Shown here one piece after another: positions 37,307 to 47,015 of a stretch of 64,000 nt of DNA. The notes beneath the pieces were generated by a model that worked only from the letters and a program-made list of their open reading frames with translations, was not told the origin of the DNA and did not search any database. Positions within the stretch are counted from its first letter, which is position 1. The number at the start of each line of letters is the position of its first letter. This DNA comes from an uncultured Candidatus Saccharibacteria bacterium. Lineage in GTDB: Bacteria; Patescibacteriota; Doudnabacteria; UBA920. Made by a program: the position numbers and the translations under genes. Location of the stretch: positions 16,772-80,771 of the forward strand of contig CAZEKH010000003.1 in the NCBI GenBank assembly GCA_964512925.1, read 5' to 3'.

Positions 37307-38418
37307 TTGGAATTTTTCGCAATACTCATAATTATACCCGCCGCAAACATATTCATTATTAGCGCTGAACTTCCATAGCTGAAAAAAGGCAGAGGAATGC
37401 CCGTTAGCGGCACCAGTCTGAGCATAGCTGCTATATTGATTATAACTTGTATTGCAATCCAAGACATAATTCCAAATGCCAGCATTTTTCCAAAGCGGTC
37501 TTTTGCCGATTTCGCTATACTCGCCATACTTAAGATAAAAGCCGTATATAAAGCTAAAATGCCAGATGATCTTAAAAAACCCAACTCTTCGGCCGTAACC
37601 GCAAAAATTGAATCATTCATCACTTCGGGCAGATAATTGTGTTTCTGCCTTGAAAGCCCATATCCATAACCCCAAAATTTCCCTGATCCGACAGCCAACA
37701 TTGCTTGGTTGATGTGATAGCTGATGCCTTTTGGATCATCCTGAGGGTTTAAAAATGCGTTGATTCTGTTTGCGCGATAGGGTTCAAAATGCACAAAACC
37801 AGCCAGAAATACAATACTAGTCAAAGCAGACCAAAAAAAATATTTCCAACTTATACCTGCGGTAAAAAGCATAGAGGCGGCAATACCTCCTAAAACCAGA
37901 GCGCTGCCCAAGTCAGGCTGCCAAAGGATTAAAAAACAAAGCAACCCCGTAACAACAATCGGCGGGAGCAAGCCAAAATAAAAATCATTGATTCGGCTTT
38001 CTTTTTTTTCTGCCCAGGAAGCCAAATAAAATATCAAAGCTATTTTTGCAAGTTCTGAAGGCTGAAAAGTAAAAATACCCAAATTCAGCCAGCGCGTTGC
38101 GCCACCGGAACTGATACCCAAGCTGGAAATTTTGACAGCTAGAAGTGAAAGCAGGGCTACCACCACCACCAACCCGAGGTATTTATGCCAAAGTCTGTAT
38201 GGCACTTTCCAGCCGAGAAAAAAAGCCATTAAGCCTAAAATTAAGCCGAATGTAAACTGATGGATAATATAATAGGTTGTGGTGCCTGCCACCCGGTAAG
38301 AGTCAACGGTTGACGCGGAATATAGCGAAACAAAACCGATTGCTAAAAGTCCCGCCAGGGTAATTATAAATCCCCAGCTATTTTTTAACCCCGGGTTTGT
38401 GAGCGAATTTTTTTGCAT
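37303..38418 (-). CDS. ftsW: Peptidoglycan glycosyltransferase FtsW/RodA (SEDS family)
   Basis: 371 aa polytopic; conserved SEDS motifs (QPSELAKIALIFYLASW, QPDLGSALVL, GSGKFWGYGYGLSRQKHNYLPE). Confidence 0.9.
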   Translation of the reverse strand: MQKNSLTNPGLKNSWGFIITLAGLLAIGFVSLYSASTVDSYRVAGTTTYYIIHQFTFGLILGLMAFFLGWKVPYRLWHKYLGLVVVVALLSLLAVKISSLGISSGGATRWLNLGIFTFQPSELAKIALIFYLASWAEKKESRINDFYFGLLPPIVVTGLLCFLILWQPDLGSALVLGGIAASMLFTAGISWKYFFWSALTSIVFLAGFVHFEPYRANRINAFLNPQDDPKGISYHINQAMLAVGSGKFWGYGYGLSRQKHNYLPEVMNDSIFAVTAEELGFLRSSGILALYTAFILSMASIAKSAKDRFGKMLAFGIMSWIAIQVIINIAAMLRLVPLTGIPLPFFSYGSSALIMNMFAAGIIMSIAKNSK

Positions 38419-39793
38419 ATTTTATAAATTGTTCTCCGCGGTCCTTGTAATTTTTAAACATTCCAAATGACGCGCACGCCGGACTTAGAAGCACAACATC
38501 GCCGCGGACCGCCACATTTTTTATTTGCTTGAAAACATCTGACATTGTTGAGGCGCCTTCTTGCAGATTTAAGCTGTTTTTAAACCGGTTAATTTCCGTT
38601 TTGATTTTTTTAGCTTCTTGGCCGATCAGTATTATGGACTTGATATAAGGCGATTCTGAAACGGTTTTTGCCAACATTGAAAAGTCGGAATCTTTAACTG
38701 AGCCGCCTAAAATCAGTATTATGGGCTTAGAAAAACAGGAGATGGCGGCAATGGCTGATTCAGGAACAGTTGAGAAAGAATCATTATAAAACAATATTCC
38801 CTGCTTTTTTGCTACGAGCTGCATTCTGTGCTTTAAGCCGCGGAAGTTTTTAACAGATTTTGCGATAGCTTTTTTTTCACAGCCGGCCGCCAAAGCGGCA
38901 GCTGAGGCTGCCATAATATTTTCCAAATTATATTCCCCTATGAGCCCAACTTCGTTTCTGTTAACTAATTCAATATCTTTTACTTTATTTGATTTGTATA
39001 TGATAGAATCTTTGCTCAAAAAAATATTGTTATTAAAATAATTTTTACTTCCAAAAAAAATTTTGCTAGCTTTTGTAAGCGTGTGAAAGCCAAGCGAATT
39101 TTTATTGTCTGAATTTACAATGCAAAAATCATTTTTTTTCTGAAACCTGACAATATTACTTTTAGCATTTAGATATTCGGAAAAAGTCTTGTGATAGTTT
39201 AAATGTTCAGGCGCGAGCATTAAAACAACCGCAATGTGCGGGCTTTTATGCAAATCCGCAAGTTGATAGCTGGATAGTTCATAAACTACCCAATCATCCG
39301 GTTTTAATTTATTCAAAATTTTAAATGGTGAAATTCCTCCAATATTACCGGTTATGTAGATATTGTTTTTTTTGAATTTTTTACTTGACTTTAAAATCTT
39401 ATAGATTAATGTGGCTGTTGTGCCCTTGCCTTTTGTGCCTGTTACGCCGATTATTTTACACGGACATAAGTCAAAAAAAAATTTTGTTTGGCTGGAAAAT
39501 ACCAAACCTTTGCGGGCTGCGGATTTCAGAGCTGGATCATTTAAGTTAATACCAGGTGATCGGAAAGCCAGATCAAATCCAGGAAGTTCAAGAAAAGCAT
39601 CTATACCAAAAATGAAATTTAAGCGCAAAGATTTGACCGCGTTTTTTTCAGGGGTTGAAAATTCGCTCCATGGTCTTTGGTCAAAAAGCACGGGTTTAAG
39701 CCCGTGCTGCAACAAATATCGGGCTGTTTCCATTCCTTCTTTTCCGGCCCCTAAAACCGCTATAAGTTTGTTTTGCAAGGCTGTAAAATTCAT
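38378..39793 (-). CDS. murD: UDP-N-acetylmuramoylalanine--D-glutamate ligase
   Basis: 471 aa; Rossmann N-terminus IAVLGAGKEG, Mur ligase P-loop GVTGTKGKGTT, C-terminal domain. Confidence 0.9.
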   Translation of the reverse strand: MNFTALQNKLIAVLGAGKEGMETARYLLQHGLKPVLFDQRPWSEFSTPEKNAVKSLRLNFIFGIDAFLELPGFDLAFRSPGINLNDPALKSAARKGLVFSSQTKFFFDLCPCKIIGVTGTKGKGTTATLIYKILKSSKKFKKNNIYITGNIGGISPFKILNKLKPDDWVVYELSSYQLADLHKSPHIAVVLMLAPEHLNYHKTFSEYLNAKSNIVRFQKKNDFCIVNSDNKNSLGFHTLTKASKIFFGSKNYFNNNIFLSKDSIIYKSNKVKDIELVNRNEVGLIGEYNLENIMAASAAALAAGCEKKAIAKSVKNFRGLKHRMQLVAKKQGILFYNDSFSTVPESAIAAISCFSKPIILILGGSVKDSDFSMLAKTVSESPYIKSIILIGQEAKKIKTEINRFKNSLNLQEGASTMSDVFKQIKNVAVRGDVVLLSPACASFGMFKNYKDRGEQFIKYAKKFAHKPGVKK

Positions 39794-41361
39794 ATTTTTT
39801 TTGTAAGAAAATGCCCGTGTAGTTTTGTTTGCCGTTGTCCTTGAAATATAGCCGGTTCTCCATTAACAAACACATATTCAATCCCCTTTCCGGTTTTGTA
39901 GGGGTTTTTGTAGTCCGACAAATCTTTCATATTTTGGGGCTCAAAGATGACCAAATCCGCAAAAAAACCAGGTTTGATCTGACCGCGTTTTTTCAGGCCG
40001 ATTTTTTTTGCCGGCGCTGATGTTAATTTTTTAATAGCGGTATGCAAGTTGAATTTGCTTTCTGAAACCAGCTCAAAAAATTTATATACTGCGCCGAAAC
40101 ATCTTGGGTGGACCAGTTTGTTTTTTTCTGAATTCTTTTCGGAAAATCCCGCCCCGTCCGAAGCGATTATAGACAGTGGGTGAAAAATAAAGTTTTTAAC
40201 TTGTTCGGAATTTAAATTCTTGTCAAATACCATTATTTCCGTGCCGCCATTTTCTAATATATGCAAAAGAGCTTGTTCTGAAGAACACTCCAGATTTTTT
40301 GCAATCATTGAAATTGTTTTTCCGGCAAAATGAAAATCCGAGGAGGTTGAAGCGACAAACAAGGAAGGAATGTCGGATTCGGAGTTGTTTAGATAACTAA
40401 GTATTTTGTTTTTTTGGACCGGATCGGAAAAATGCTTAAGCATTAAAGTTCGACCCCCCTCAATCGCCCATTTAGGAAGGTATGAATAAAGGACTTGCCA
40501 GACTGTGTCATAAGGATACGCGTCAAATGACACATTTATACCCCGATGATGGGAAGTTTCCAGTTTTTGAACAACCTCGTCAAATTTATGCCAATTCTTT
40601 TTTCCGCGAATTTTTAAATGGGAAATTTTAAGATTTACTTCTGTGGTTCTGGCAATGTTTAAAGCTTCTTCCAGAGCCTCTATTATTTCCTCGGATTCGT
40701 TTCTCAGGTGGATGGAAAACATTCCCGAATATTCTTTAACGATTTTGGCCAATTCGTATAATTCTATTTCCGATATGCTTATTTCGTGTGAATATGACAA
40801 CCCGGAAGACAAGCCAAAAGAGCCGGCGGACAAACTTTCTTTAAGTTTTTCTTTTAAAATATTTAATTCATCCTGCTCTAACCCCCTGATACTATCCCCT
40901 ACAATCCCCCTCCTTAGGGTTGAATACCCGGTTAAGCTGCCTATATTGCAACCGAACTTGCGCTTTTGCAGCACGCTTGCGAATTCGGCGAAGCTTTGCC
41001 AATTAATATTCAAACCTTGCAAGTTGTGCCATTTTTGGATAGATAAAATAGCATCAGGGCTAAGCAAAGGAGCCAGGCTGGCGCCGCAATTCCCCAAGAT
41101 GGCGGTGGTAAAACCCTGGCTGACCATACCATCCAAATCAGGATTGTCAAAGATTTGCCAATATACATCGCTATGATTTTGCAGGTCAACGAATCCGGGA
41201 CAAAGGGCTTTACCAGTCGCGTCAATAGTAGTTAATGCATCTTTTGGCAAATTTTTGCCGATTGCCACAATCTGATCGCCCTCGCAGGCAACGTCAAAAC
41301 TTTCCCCGTTTATTTCATCGCCGTCGTATAGGTTTGCGTTTTTAATAAGCAATGAGTACAT
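39790..41361 (-). CDS. Amidohydrolase-3 family protein (N-acyl-D-amino-acid deacylase-like) embedded in the dcw cluster
   Basis: 523 aa; N-terminal beta-sandwich IKNANLYDG..QIVAIGKNLP..IDATGKALCPGFVDLQNHSD metal-binding HxH-type start, TIM-barrel core. Confidence 0.75.
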   Translation of the reverse strand: MYSLLIKNANLYDGDEINGESFDVACEGDQIVAIGKNLPKDALTTIDATGKALCPGFVDLQNHSDVYWQIFDNPDLDGMVSQGFTTAILGNCGASLAPLLSPDAILSIQKWHNLQGLNINWQSFAEFASVLQKRKFGCNIGSLTGYSTLRRGIVGDSIRGLEQDELNILKEKLKESLSAGSFGLSSGLSYSHEISISEIELYELAKIVKEYSGMFSIHLRNESEEIIEALEEALNIARTTEVNLKISHLKIRGKKNWHKFDEVVQKLETSHHRGINVSFDAYPYDTVWQVLYSYLPKWAIEGGRTLMLKHFSDPVQKNKILSYLNNSESDIPSLFVASTSSDFHFAGKTISMIAKNLECSSEQALLHILENGGTEIMVFDKNLNSEQVKNFIFHPLSIIASDGAGFSEKNSEKNKLVHPRCFGAVYKFFELVSESKFNLHTAIKKLTSAPAKKIGLKKRGQIKPGFFADLVIFEPQNMKDLSDYKNPYKTGKGIEYVFVNGEPAIFQGQRQTKLHGHFLTKKI

Positions 41362-41372
41362 AGTTTATGTTT

Positions 41373-42416
41373 TTAGGATATAAAGTGAATAATAACTCCC
41401 ACAATACTGGTCACAGTCGCGATAATCCAAAACCGCATAGTAATTTTAGATTCCTGCCAGCCCAATGCTTGAAAATGATGGTGTATGGGGCTTGCCAAGA
41501 ATATTTTTTTTCCCAGATATTTTTTTGAAAAAATTTGTAATATTGTTGATAAGCTTTCTAAAAAAAATATTGACCCGATCAACGGAATAAGCAGAGGCTC
41601 GTTGGTTAAAAAAGCCACAATAGCTAAAAGAACTCCCATACCCATTGAACCAGTATCTCCCATAAAAAACCTCGCCGGATGAACATTAAACCATAAAAAA
41701 GCCAAAAGGCTGCCGGATATTACCCCAAGCAATGAAGCTAGCTCAGTTTTTCCTTCTGTCAGGGCTATGAGTCCATAACCAAAAAAAGCCAAAAGCAGAG
41801 TTCCGCCCGCAAGCCCGTCAAGCCCGTCAGTTTGATTGACCGCAAAACCCGTAGCAATCACAACAAATATAAAAAATGGTATAAACCATAACCCGATGTC
41901 TAAATTACCGGAATCCATAAACGGGATATTGACTGAAGAAAAACCAAGTTTAAAATAAAACCACCAGGCCCCGATCGTCGCAACTGCGGCATAGAGCCAA
42001 AATTTATGGCGAAAACGCAAACCTCTTTTGTTAAAACCTTTTTTTTTCGCGTCCAGCCAGTCATCTAAAAGTCCGACCAAAGAAGCTCCAAAAAATGCGC
42101 CTAAGGGTAGTAAAGTCTCCTTTCTTGAAACGAAATTTAGCTGATTAAATTCTTCAATACCTAAAACTTTAGAACAAAACCAGAATAATCCGGCAAAAAA
42201 AATAGTGGTTCCCCAGATTAAAATTCCTCCCATTGTTGGGGTCCCTTCCTTGGATTTATGTAATGCGGAAAAAATTGGGGTATCGCCAGAATTTCTAATT
42301 TGTTTGCCCAGGCCTTTCTTAAAAAGGAAATTTTCCAAGATCGGGGTAAAAAACAAAGCAGAAATAAACGACAAAGATGTTAAAATAAATATTTTTGTCA
42401 ATTGATCTGAAATCAT
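41373..42416 (-). CDS. mraY: Phospho-N-acetylmuramoyl-pentapeptide transferase
   Basis: 347 aa polytopic; conserved DDWLD.., NQTDGLDGLAGG, FMGDTGS, IHHHFQ motifs. Confidence 0.93.
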   Translation of the reverse strand: MISDQLTKIFILTSLSFISALFFTPILENFLFKKGLGKQIRNSGDTPIFSALHKSKEGTPTMGGILIWGTTIFFAGLFWFCSKVLGIEEFNQLNFVSRKETLLPLGAFFGASLVGLLDDWLDAKKKGFNKRGLRFRHKFWLYAAVATIGAWWFYFKLGFSSVNIPFMDSGNLDIGLWFIPFFIFVVIATGFAVNQTDGLDGLAGGTLLLAFFGYGLIALTEGKTELASLLGVISGSLLAFLWFNVHPARFFMGDTGSMGMGVLLAIVAFLTNEPLLIPLIGSIFFLESLSTILQIFSKKYLGKKIFLASPIHHHFQALGWQESKITMRFWIIATVTSIVGVIIHFIS

Positions 42417-42443
42417 AATGTAATTATACCATAAAATTGAGAA

Positions 42444-43370
42444 TTAAAAAACTTGCTTTTTCAATTCTTTGATAGTAAAAATCACATCGGATTCGCGGTC
42501 CGGGCTGTTTAGAATAATAACTACCACAGGTTGATTTGATAGCATAAACCTGCAGATTATATTTTCTCCCGAGCCCGGCGTTTTGCCAGTTTTGATAGAC
42601 TGGATTTCGGGATTAGAATTTATCAGTGTATTACTGGCAAATATTTTGTGTTTTTCTTTCGTGACTGAAACAAACTCATAGGTTTTGAATTTTGCCAGAT
42701 TCCTGAAAGCGGAAAGTTTCTGGGTTTTTTCCGTTAAAATTTTTAGGTCCCAGGCGGTGGAAAAATTTTCAGCTGAGTCAAAACCGACCGGATTGCTAAA
42801 ATGGCTATTTTCCATCCCGATATCGTAAGCTGTTTTATTCATTAAATCAGTAAATTTGTGTTTTTTTTCTTGCGAAACATAATTTGCCAGAGCTAATGCA
42901 GCGTCATTGGCGGAACCAACAACCATTGACGAAAATAGATCTGAAATTTTAATCTGCTCTCCCGGCTTTAAACCCAAAATCGGTTTCACATTCAAAGTAT
43001 CTTCGATTAAAATTTGCTTTTGACTGTTTAAATCCGCTTCTGTATAAACAACCAGACCTGTTAAAAGTTTAGTAAGACTTCCGATTTGAAGTTTTTTACT
43101 GGAATTTTTTTCAAAAATAACAGTGCCGGAATTTTCCAAATATATAAGAGCGCTTTCAGCTTTTATCTTTGAAAAATCCGAGGATGTTTCTGTATTTATT
43201 CCCAAAATTTTTGTTTTTTTCAACATTTCGCTTCCGCGAAGCTGTACACTTGCCCGCCTTTCAATAGGTAGCGCCTCTGATTTGGCATTGTTTGAAATTG
43301 TAAAGATATGAATAAAAAATGCAATCCCGAATAAATATGTTATGAGCAATTTTGTTTTTATTTCTTTCAT
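42444..43370 (-). CDS. dacA: D-alanyl-D-alanine carboxypeptidase (S11, PBP5/6-like)
   Basis: 308 aa; signal/TM, SxxK (GSLTKLLT), SxN (SANDAA) and KTG (KTGKTPGSG). Confidence 0.85.
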   Translation of the reverse strand: MKEIKTKLLITYLFGIAFFIHIFTISNNAKSEALPIERRASVQLRGSEMLKKTKILGINTETSSDFSKIKAESALIYLENSGTVIFEKNSSKKLQIGSLTKLLTGLVVYTEADLNSQKQILIEDTLNVKPILGLKPGEQIKISDLFSSMVVGSANDAALALANYVSQEKKHKFTDLMNKTAYDIGMENSHFSNPVGFDSAENFSTAWDLKILTEKTQKLSAFRNLAKFKTYEFVSVTKEKHKIFASNTLINSNPEIQSIKTGKTPGSGENIICRFMLSNQPVVVIILNSPDRESDVIFTIKELKKQVF

Positions 43371-43404
43371 ATCTTCCTAATAGTATAGCTTAGAAAAAGT
43401 TGGA

Positions 43405-43433
43405 TTGACAAAATTTTGTGTTGTGGATATCAT
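43405..43433 (+). promoter_or_regulatory. trxA promoter (-35 TTGACA, 17-bp spacer, -10 TATCAT)
   Basis: ttgacaaaattttgtgttgtggatatcat read directly; the ORF-track start at 43405 coincides with the -35 box, so the real start codon must be downstream. Confidence 0.5.
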
Positions 43434-43473
43434 TTATATATGTTTATTAAATAATATGAAAAGCATAACAAAT

Positions 43474-43794
43474 ATGAGCGAAATTATACTGTCTGAAAAG
43501 ACCTTTGAGCAAGAAGTTTTAAAGTCAAATGAACTGGTGATGGTAGATTTTTGGGCAATTTGGTGCGGACCTTGTAAAGCCCTTAGCCCTATCGTTTCCG
43601 AGCTGGCTTCAGAGTATGAAAAAAAAATTAAGGTGGGTAAGGTCAATGTTGATGAAAACAATAATTTAGCTATGCAATACGGAGTAATGAGTATTCCCAC
43701 ATTGAAATTTTTCAAAAATGGTAAAGTTGTAGGAGAAATGATAGGCGCCGCGCCAAAACAAGCGATTGTGGATGAAATAAACAAACATCTCTAA
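43474..43794 (+). CDS. trxA: Thioredoxin
   Basis: WCGPCK active site; MSEIILSEKTFEQEVLKSNELVMVDFWAIWCGPCK; start taken at MSEII (ORF track 43405 is the promoter). Confidence 0.9.
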   Translation: MSEIILSEKTFEQEVLKSNELVMVDFWAIWCGPCKALSPIVSELASEYEKKIKVGKVNVDENNNLAMQYGVMSIPTLKFFKNGKVVGEMIGAAPKQAIVDEINKHL

Positions 43795-43814
43795 AAATTT
43801 CGGTTTTTATAACA

Positions 43815-43849
43815 AAAAACCACGCCATAAGCTTGAGGCAGTGGTTTTT
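43815..43849. terminator. Bidirectional terminator between trxA (+) and the ATPase gene (-)
   Basis: aaaaaCCACGCCataagcttgaGGCAGTGGttttt; stem with one bulge, flanked by an A-run and a T-run. Confidence 0.5.
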
Positions 43850-43883
43850 GTTTGTTTTAAATCACAATGTTTGAAGCCGTAAA

Positions 43884-45638
43884 TTAAAACTTGCGGCTTT
43901 CTCCTGGCTTTAGAACAATTTGAGGGGTTTTTTGTTTTTCGGCAGGCACGGATTTTTCCGTGGTTTCAAAATCATCGCTAGCAATTTTATCCGGTTCGGA
44001 AATTTTTTGTTTTTGCAATTTTAACACTGATTCCCAAATTGGGTGCTGGGGTTTTTTTTGATGTTCGTTTTTGGTTTGGTTTGGCTTTTTATGTCGATCA
44101 TTTCGCTCGTTCTTTGACCATTTATTTTCACTTGATTCTTTTTTCGGGAGGTTTTTCGAATTATTGATGAAATTGCGCGTATCACTCAAAACTGGCTTGT
44201 TTAAAGCAGTTTTCACCAAAGTGTTTTCACTTTCCGGTTTTTTAACAATAACTTCAGAATCCAAATATTTGCCATTGTCAGTTGTTTCTGGTTCTAATTC
44301 GGAATCTTGAGACATTATATTTGCGCTATCTTGGTGAAATTCCGCGCCCATCCATTTGGAAATTTTCTCTTCAACTAAAGAAACTGAGTTACTGTACCTT
44401 TCTCTGGAAACTTTTATGACTTTTTCCGCATTACCCGTAAAATAGTCGGGGCTAGCGGGTATGGTGATGGCTGAAAAAGGTTCGCTGGCAACTCCGTTAA
44501 TCATTAATTTTAAAATTATATTGTATTTAGGCAGGTTTACCATATCGTTCGGGGTAAAAATCGGATCAAATTCAGTTTCAAGGTATTCCGCATCAGCCGC
44601 GCCGATTCTAAACAGAACTATGGTTCCCACGTTGCCGAAAATCGCATCCCTGACTTTAGTGCTTTTTTCCTGCTCCAGCTGGGCAATATACTGGTGGCCT
44701 ACGATCAAATTAAGCCTGTATTTTCTCGCCTCGCTCAATATTGTGGCAAAACTTTCCGTGGCAAAATTTTGAAACTCGTCTACATATAAATAAAAATCTT
44801 TTCTGTCTTCCTCGGCTATATCCGTCCTGGACATCGCAGCTAGTTGCAGTTTAGTTACAATCATAGCGCCAAGCAAGGCGCTGTTGTCTTCACCGACTTT
44901 TCCTTTGGATAAATCCATTATCAAAATTTTGCGGTTATCCATTATATCCCTCAAATCTATGGTGCTCTTGGGCTGACCTACGATGTTTCTAACAATTCCG
45001 GAAGATAAAAATTGTCCGACTTTATTTTGGATAGGCGCAATGGCTTCGGTGCGGTACTTTTCGTTATAATTGGCAAATTCATCTGTCCAAAAGGCGCGCA
45101 CCATCGGGTCTTTGATGTTGTCAACGATTTTTTTCCGATACTTTTTGTCGACATACATCCTGGTAATACCGAGCAAAGTGTTGCCAGGACTTTCCAGCAA
45201 GGCCAAGATTGTATTGTTTAAAATATATTCCATTCTGGCTGACCAGACATTTGACCAAATTTTGGTAAATACGCCCATAAGTCCGGAAGCGACTAAATGT
45301 TTGTATTTTGTATCCACAGCTTCCAAAATGTTGAAGGCTATCGGGTAATCCAAGTCAGCAGGGTTAAAATACACCACATCGTTAATCCTAGATGGAGGCA
45401 CAGAGTTTAAAATTCTTTGGATGGAATCCCCGTGCGGGTCTAAAAAAGCGATTCCGTGACCGTTGCGAATATCTTGAATAGCCATACTTTCCATCATTGA
45501 GGTTTTTCCCATCCCAGTTTTACCGATCAAGTACATATGACGTCTGCGGTCATCGGCTTTGATGCCAAAAGGCACTTCTTTGTTTCGGAAGTTGGTTTTA
45601 GCAAAAATAGTTATGGGTTCTTTTTTGGTTTCGTTCAT
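43884..45638 (-). CDS. VirD4/TraD/TraG-like (type IV coupling-protein-like) P-loop ATPase lacking its own TM segment; Lys/Glu-rich low-complexity C-terminal tail
   Basis: 584 aa; Walker A LIGKTGMGKTS, FLDPHGDS, Walker B FYLYVDEFQNF, then ARKYRLNLIVGHQYIAQL resembling the TraG-D_C/TrwB C-terminal region; last ~150 aa low complexity. Confidence 0.65.
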   Translation of the reverse strand: MNETKKEPITIFAKTNFRNKEVPFGIKADDRRRHMYLIGKTGMGKTSMMESMAIQDIRNGHGIAFLDPHGDSIQRILNSVPPSRINDVVYFNPADLDYPIAFNILEAVDTKYKHLVASGLMGVFTKIWSNVWSARMEYILNNTILALLESPGNTLLGITRMYVDKKYRKKIVDNIKDPMVRAFWTDEFANYNEKYRTEAIAPIQNKVGQFLSSGIVRNIVGQPKSTIDLRDIMDNRKILIMDLSKGKVGEDNSALLGAMIVTKLQLAAMSRTDIAEEDRKDFYLYVDEFQNFATESFATILSEARKYRLNLIVGHQYIAQLEQEKSTKVRDAIFGNVGTIVLFRIGAADAEYLETEFDPIFTPNDMVNLPKYNIILKLMINGVASEPFSAITIPASPDYFTGNAEKVIKVSRERYSNSVSLVEEKISKWMGAEFHQDSANIMSQDSELEPETTDNGKYLDSEVIVKKPESENTLVKTALNKPVLSDTRNFINNSKNLPKKESSENKWSKNERNDRHKKPNQTKNEHQKKPQHPIWESVLKLQKQKISEPDKIASDDFETTEKSVPAEKQKTPQIVLKPGESRKF

Positions 45639-45644
45639 AAAAAT

Positions 45645-46976
45645 CTAGTCTTCAGCTATCGGCAAATCCACCGGTGGCTGATATTTTTTACTTTCTGTTT
45701 TTTCTATAGCTGTTGCTACAGTAGCATCTTTTGCGGTTATTGGAAAATGGTAGAGAGTCGCCAGTTCTTCGGTGTTAAATATTTGCCCGCCTATACCAAT
45801 TAAAAAATCCCTGTCTTTATAACCTTTAAACATCTTTCTTTTTCTTTGCTTTAAAACATATTCCAGGTAAGGTCCTTCAAAATCTTTTGAAAACATATAA
45901 TCAACACCAGTCCAATGTTTTGTATCAGGTTTTAATTTGTTAGTCATCGCGCTACCCAAATTTCTAAATGCCCCAAAAAACATATTTCTTTTAGTCGGGT
46001 CATACTGGGCTTTGGGCGCGATATAAAGGATTCGAATTTTTGTTTTATATCCGGGTTTGCCAATTTTGCTTTCAATCAAACCAACCCGTGTTTTTTGTGT
46101 GTCAGTCAAACTCATCCAGTCATTTTTTTGGCTTTTTTCGGACGCTTCCCCGTGTCCGTGGCCTCCGCCGAGCAGGCTGTCTTTAAAACTAAAATTTGCC
46201 GCTTTATTTATTGGCGACATTAAAACATCGGAAAACTTCACATCGTGGGGAACATCTTCGCCTATCATTTTCTTTACTATCATTTCCCCTCTTGGCTTCC
46301 ATTCGTCATCATCAACCGGCCTGATAAGCAGTTGAATGCCAACAAATTCGTGCTCTTTGACTTTCATCAAAGATTCAAACAGATTGGACAAAGGATCAAT
46401 AACTGTTTCTTCAGCAGCTTGATGCTCAAAGTCTTTATATGTTTTAAGAGGTATTACCTCATCGTCGACGACTTTCAGTTCGGTGCCAAAAATTTCAACA
46501 TCGGAATTTTCCGGATCATAGCTGAAATTTTTCATATAATCTTCAATTTCTGTAATTTCAGCTTGCGGGTATTGGGAGTAAAAAGCGGCTTCCACCAAAT
46601 CTCTCATTTTTTTTGGTATCCTTAAAACAAAAGATACCTTGCCGCCTAAACTGATAAGTTCAAGACTGTACCAGAGCTGGCTTTGGCCTTCCACGTAGAT
46701 GTCAGCAAAAGTTTTACCGCCGTGCAGCGCGTGCATTTGACCAAATACGGTTTCAACAGCCAAGGTGCTGGCTAAATTGATTTTTGGAACTTTTATCTGT
46801 AAAAACTCCCACTCCTGCTGATGAATATACTGGTGCATAATTTCGTGCTTATAACTGAAGTACAGCATATAAATGACGCCTGCCACAAAAATCAGCCATC
46901 CATACCAATCAAAAAAGACTGTCCAAAAAATTTTGAACAATTCGCCAAACTCTGGAAATATTTGCGTAAAATCCAT
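45645..46976 (-). CDS. Membrane-anchored hypothetical protein, immediately upstream of the coupling-protein-like ATPase
   Basis: 443 aa; single N-terminal TM (WLIFVAGVIYMLYF) and a large soluble domain containing GGGHGHGE; 6-nt gap to the ATPase gene. Confidence 0.5.
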   Translation of the reverse strand: MDFTQIFPEFGELFKIFWTVFFDWYGWLIFVAGVIYMLYFSYKHEIMHQYIHQQEWEFLQIKVPKINLASTLAVETVFGQMHALHGGKTFADIYVEGQSQLWYSLELISLGGKVSFVLRIPKKMRDLVEAAFYSQYPQAEITEIEDYMKNFSYDPENSDVEIFGTELKVVDDEVIPLKTYKDFEHQAAEETVIDPLSNLFESLMKVKEHEFVGIQLLIRPVDDDEWKPRGEMIVKKMIGEDVPHDVKFSDVLMSPINKAANFSFKDSLLGGGHGHGEASEKSQKNDWMSLTDTQKTRVGLIESKIGKPGYKTKIRILYIAPKAQYDPTKRNMFFGAFRNLGSAMTNKLKPDTKHWTGVDYMFSKDFEGPYLEYVLKQRKRKMFKGYKDRDFLIGIGGQIFNTEELATLYHFPITAKDATVATAIEKTESKKYQPPVDLPIAED

Positions 46977-47015
46977 TTTAATTTTATTTCAAAATCGCTT
47001 TAAAAGCCCAGCCTT

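Noticed and set aside
43405-43473. ORF-track start of trxA at 43405 (MTKFCVVDIIY..)
   Set aside because: 43405-43410 is the TTGACA -35 box of a well-spaced promoter; thioredoxin begins at MSEIILSEKTF (43474).
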